A program made the translations under genes and the position numbers. Positions 60,094 through 64,000 of a stretch of DNA of 64,000 nt are shown here, piece by piece (the stretch's first letter is position 1; every line of letters starts with the position of its first letter). The notes below the pieces were generated by a model. The model did not search any database. It was not told the origin of the DNA and saw nothing but the letters and a program-made list of their open reading frames with translations. This stretch comes from a virus. The stretch is from IMG/VR virus record IMGVR_UViG_3300040959_000809. One strand, 5' to 3'.

Positions 60094-60515
60094 CAGACAT
60101 CATCCTCTTCCGATTGGCCAAGGGTGAATGATAGAGTACAATCTACGTGTAGGTTTTTATCTGCTTTTATCTCCAATGTATCACCGGATTTAAAGAATTG
60201 TCCGTTGATAGGAATAGGAATTGTATCATATGAAGGAACTGGTAAATTTCTTAAAATGTACCATGAATCGTTTTCGACATATCTATATGCCTTAAGATCA
60301 ACATATGCAGTATTTGCAGTTGTGTTGCAGAGAATGAGTGGTGAGATAACTTCACCAACTCCAGGCTCGACAGTCGTAGATCCACCAAACACAAGTTCTG
60401 GAACCTCGTAGTTAGGAACATCGATAAGTATTTGCCAGTTTGTGGTCAACGTTTTGTTCACATATACCGGTTTGGCGTCCGGTGCCTGTGTTGTTGTAAT
60501 AGTTGTAATAGTCAT
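60093..60515 (-). CDS. Small virion/accessory protein, 140 aa
   Basis: Overlaps both neighbours by 1 nt (TAATG and TGATG). Confidence 0.75.
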   Translation of the reverse strand: MTITTITTTQAPDAKPVYVNKTLTTNWQILIDVPNYEVPELVFGGSTTVEPGVGEVISPLILCNTTANTAYVDLKAYRYVENDSWYILRNLPVPSYDTIPIPINGQFFKSGDTLEIKADKNLHVDCTLSFTLGQSEEDDV

Positions 60516-63500
60516 TATACGATCGCCCTACTGTTGGATGCTCTTCTTGCGAGTTTTCTTACTGATGATGTAAACGGCCTACCTTCAATTCGCCCTGTTC
60601 TACCATTAATCCTCAATCCTCTAGCGAAGTATTGGTTGTTCAATTCGTCAGCACCTGACCAACGAACTCTACCACCATCTTCAGAGAGAACAGAAGCCAA
60701 GGCCGAAATCGGAAGACCAATGTTTCTAAAGTTTAGAGGCAATGCCGTTCTATTTACACCAGCGGATGCACCGTTAAACTGGTGGGCAATAGATTCAACC
60801 AACGAACCGAATTGCAATGTGTTAGGTCTTAAAACATTTCCAAGTATAATATCATTAAACAGGCCATTAATCATTGTGTTTTCGTCCGCTCCCCCATTCA
60901 AATTAGTTGTAATATAATCTCTCATTTTTTCCCATGATTTATAAAATGCATATAAGAGTTGATCATTGTTAGCACCATCATTAACCCAGATTGTTCCGTT
61001 CCAATAATATACTGTTCCTGAATATCTGTTTGTGTTGTTATCTGTTGGTACTATGTAAGCATCATTCCTCTTAGTTTCATTAGTATCAACATTATTTATA
61101 TCAGTAGTGGTGCCCTTAAAGTTCAATCCTCTCGTTGTTGGATTAAATACAGGGAATACATGAGTACCGTCATAATTAAAGAATGAAGCAACAAATGTTC
61201 TTGTAGCTTTAGACGAACCTTTACCTTCAATTCCACCATAGCCTGGTGCACTAGTAATTGCTGTATTAATGAATCTGAAATCATTAGCAATAGTATATAA
61301 CAAGTTTAGAGAATCACGTCTTGTTAGATTTATATCTATGAAATTATATTCTGAATTTACAAATCTTACAATCTCTGACTGCAATACTCTTCTCTTTGCA
61401 ACCAAAATGTCTCTTGAGAACTTATGAACACCATCGGCTGCATAATCAAAATCAGGTAAATCAAGTGCCGGTAATCTCTTAGTATCATTATTTAGGAGTG
61501 TTTCATACAAGATATTAGCAAGATATTTGACCTTAGTTCCTTCGACTGAACTTGCAACTTCTTCAACCACCACCGCTTCTGGGTCTTTACCTAAAACAAT
61601 GGCTTCACAAATTTCACCAAGCTGACGATATGCTTTTGCAGTTGGAATTCTTTGATTCTCAGGAAGTCTTAAAATGTTATTCCAGTAGTAGAAATCTGCA
61701 TTCCATCTTGTAGCTGCATTACCGCCATAGTTAAGGTCAAAGCTGAATGCAGGGATGATGTACTGTTGAACATCTCTGCGACACTTAGCTTTATTATAAT
61801 CAAGAACCGTAAACTCTTCTCTGAGCCATTCTTGAACATCATCAGCCAACATATCTTTATTATTGTCAATAGCGTCTGCTGCCCATATTTTACTTGCCTC
61901 GACCCATGAAAGATCAGGTTCAACAAGTTCAGGAATTACCGCAGTACTGTCTGCTCTAATTACGTCCTCAACTATTCCGATAAGATTTTTAACTTCAAGT
62001 GCAGTAGCACCATCTGATGGTTCATAAGTAAAGTCTTGGCCTGCGCCAGTATTAGCCTCAAGAACAATATCAGACATAAGATTACCCATTTCAAGATAAA
62101 CATCTGCTGTTTGTATTCTTGTATCAACAGGTAAAACACTAATTCCGTTTTCAAAGTAAATTTGAGCAGATATTCTTGAAGCATGGTTTGTCTGATAGTT
62201 AATATCATGTGAAACCGCATCAACAAGATAACCCATATCTCTGCGACATTTATCTCTTGGGAAACTCAAGCCATTGTATTCAGTTGAGATATATGAAATC
62301 ATATTTTCTACAAGAGTGACTGTATTGTCCTCAATAAGATCTTTTGAAGCAACAAAGTGATCATCAACCCAAGTAATAATAGGATCAATTCTTTGTGGGA
62401 TATTAGATGGATCTTCATCATCAGCGATTGAGGAAATAATCCAAGCCAAATCTCTAGCTTCGGTTGCAATCTCAGGTTTTGCAGGGTTTGCACCAGGCAG
62501 ACCCATAAGATCAGGAACCAATGTATTTTTACCAGATGGAGTAACTGTTTCACGTTTAATCAGTTTTTCAATTACCTCACCGAGATGAGCAAATGCTCTT
62601 CTTGTAGGTTCTCTTTGATCTCTATCCAAAACATTAACTGCATTTTTAAAGTAAATTTCAGCACAGCCATGAATTGCCGCATTACCACCATATTGAATAT
62701 CGTGTGAGATAGCATCAACAATGTAACCAGTGTCTCTCCGACATTTATCTTCATCATACTCTAGGAAGTTATATTTTTCATTTAGGAATGGAACAATGTC
62801 AGCTTGAATTTTAGACTTAAGATCATTATTGATTGTGTTATATGCATTTTGGAATTCCAAATCGTAGCCTGTAGCATTTACACCTGCAGCATCAATATTT
62901 GTTACCGCTGGTAATTCTCTCAAGCTATCCGCTGTAATCACATCCGAAACAATTTCAAACAGAGCCTGTACATTATCACCAACGGCCGCAGTGGTTGCAC
63001 CGAATGAAACTGTATCTTGAGTTTCAGCATTACCTGCACTTTTGGTTACTGGTTGTTTAAGTACCAATTGTTCTGCCACTTCAGCAAGCCGTACAAAGGC
63101 AGCCGCAGTTGGAGCTTTTTGATCATCTGGAAGAACACTTACTGCATTTTCAAAATACAGTCTAGCAACATCACGGATACCTGTATTGGTATTATGTCTG
63201 ATATCATATGTTACAGCATCCACCATATAACCTACATCACGGTAACATTTATTTTGGTCATATGTCAATCCTGCAAAGTTAATTCCAAGCCAGGCAAGTA
63301 CCTCAGCCTGCATGAATGTTCTGTTTGCAATTAAGCCTTGAGCAGCATTAAGGTTCGATGTACTTGCGTTTGCAGATCCAAAGACATATGCAGGAGCAGC
63401 ATCAACACCGTCAGTAAGGACATCAAATAGAGCAGTGAATGAAGCTTTTGATCTATCTAGTGCGTTACCAGTAATCCCGTCCTCAATCTTTCTTTGAACA

Positions 63501-64000
63501 AACTTAAAGCCTTCGATTGTTTCTGATAATTGATCGTCAATAACCTTATCAGCACCTAAAGTACCAATACGATATGCCCGACCTGCATAAACAGAATTAT
63601 AATTACTACCAGTAAGAATATCTCTAGCAATAGCATCTACAATGTAACCAGCATCTCTGGCACATTTGCCTTCCTCGAAGGTAAAGAATACATCGTTGAT
63701 ATATGAAACTATTTCTTCTTGTAGGAAAGGTTTATTTCTCTGAATAATGTTTCTAGCAAATGTTCTCTTCGGCTCATATGTTGGAGCACCAGAGATTGCA
63801 GGAAGATCGGAAGGTTCTTTATATTCATCAATTGCATTAGCAATAATGAGTACCAAATCCTTGGCTGCCTGTGCGGTTGTTGCATCAGCGGCAATTCCAT
63901 CTACATTTTGATATGGACCTTCACTGATTGCATTAGCAACAGCAGAGATAAATGTGTGTGCATATTGCCCTGTACCACCAGTCCCTACATTCATTGTAAT
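60515..64000 (-). CDS. Large helical-repeat virion protein, 5'-truncated by the window edge
   Basis: Frame stays open past 63994 to the window end; six KCxRDxGYxVDA-type repeats. Confidence 0.8.
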   Translation of the reverse strand: MTMNVGTGGTGQYAHTFISAVANAISEGPYQNVDGIAADATTAQAAKDLVLIIANAIDEYKEPSDLPAISGAPTYEPKRTFARNIIQRNKPFLQEEIVSYINDVFFTFEEGKCARDAGYIVDAIARDILTGSNYNSVYAGRAYRIGTLGADKVIDDQLSETIEGFKFVQRKIEDGITGNALDRSKASFTALFDVLTDGVDAAPAYVFGSANASTSNLNAAQGLIANRTFMQAEVLAWLGINFAGLTYDQNKCYRDVGYMVDAVTYDIRHNTNTGIRDVARLYFENAVSVLPDDQKAPTAAAFVRLAEVAEQLVLKQPVTKSAGNAETQDTVSFGATTAAVGDNVQALFEIVSDVITADSLRELPAVTNIDAAGVNATGYDLEFQNAYNTINNDLKSKIQADIVPFLNEKYNFLEYDEDKCRRDTGYIVDAISHDIQYGGNAAIHGCAEIYFKNAVNVLDRDQREPTRRAFAHLGEVIEKLIKRETVTPSGKNTLVPDLMGLPGANPAKPEIATEARDLAWIISSIADDEDPSNIPQRIDPIITWVDDHFVASKDLIEDNTVTLVENMISYISTEYNGLSFPRDKCRRDMGYLVDAVSHDINYQTNHASRISAQIYFENGISVLPVDTRIQTADVYLEMGNLMSDIVLEANTGAGQDFTYEPSDGATALEVKNLIGIVEDVIRADSTAVIPELVEPDLSWVEASKIWAADAIDNNKDMLADDVQEWLREEFTVLDYNKAKCRRDVQQYIIPAFSFDLNYGGNAATRWNADFYYWNNILRLPENQRIPTAKAYRQLGEICEAIVLGKDPEAVVVEEVASSVEGTKVKYLANILYETLLNNDTKRLPALDLPDFDYAADGVHKFSRDILVAKRRVLQSEIVRFVNSEYNFIDINLTRRDSLNLLYTIANDFRFINTAITSAPGYGGIEGKGSSKATRTFVASFFNYDGTHVFPVFNPTTRGLNFKGTTTDINNVDTNETKRNDAYIVPTDNNTNRYSGTVYYWNGTIWVNDGANNDQLLYAFYKSWEKMRDYITTNLNGGADENTMINGLFNDIILGNVLRPNTLQFGSLVESIAHQFNGASAGVNRTALPLNFRNIGLPISALASVLSEDGGRVRWSGADELNNQYFARGLRINGRTGRIEGRPFTSSVRKLARRASNSRAIV

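Overview
Late (morphogenesis) region of a large T4-superfamily myophage, about 38% GC by eye and probably aquatic (inference from gene content). Bases 1-4026 hold a tightly packed + strand run of small early/middle-type genes, including a DsbA-like and an AbrB-like protein. This run converges on the major capsid gene across two terminator hairpins. From 4109 to the end everything is on the - strand, punctuated by T4-type late promoters (TATAAATA). The order is gp23-22-21-core-20-19-18-17-16, an inserted tagD-like gene with divergent sigma70 promoters, then gp15-14-13. About 46 kb of appendage genes follow: six tandem FG-GAP-like beta-propeller paralogues, a three-gene sugar-modification cluster, three small fibre-associated genes, a 3,612-aa modular fibre with an S74 chaperone, several repeat-rich virion proteins, a 2,023-aa Gly-X-Gln collagen-like fibre with an S74 chaperone, and a 5'-truncated helical-repeat protein. 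I saw no tRNA, CRISPR array, integrase, reverse transcriptase, intein or intron. All family calls come from motif recognition by eye, not from database searches.
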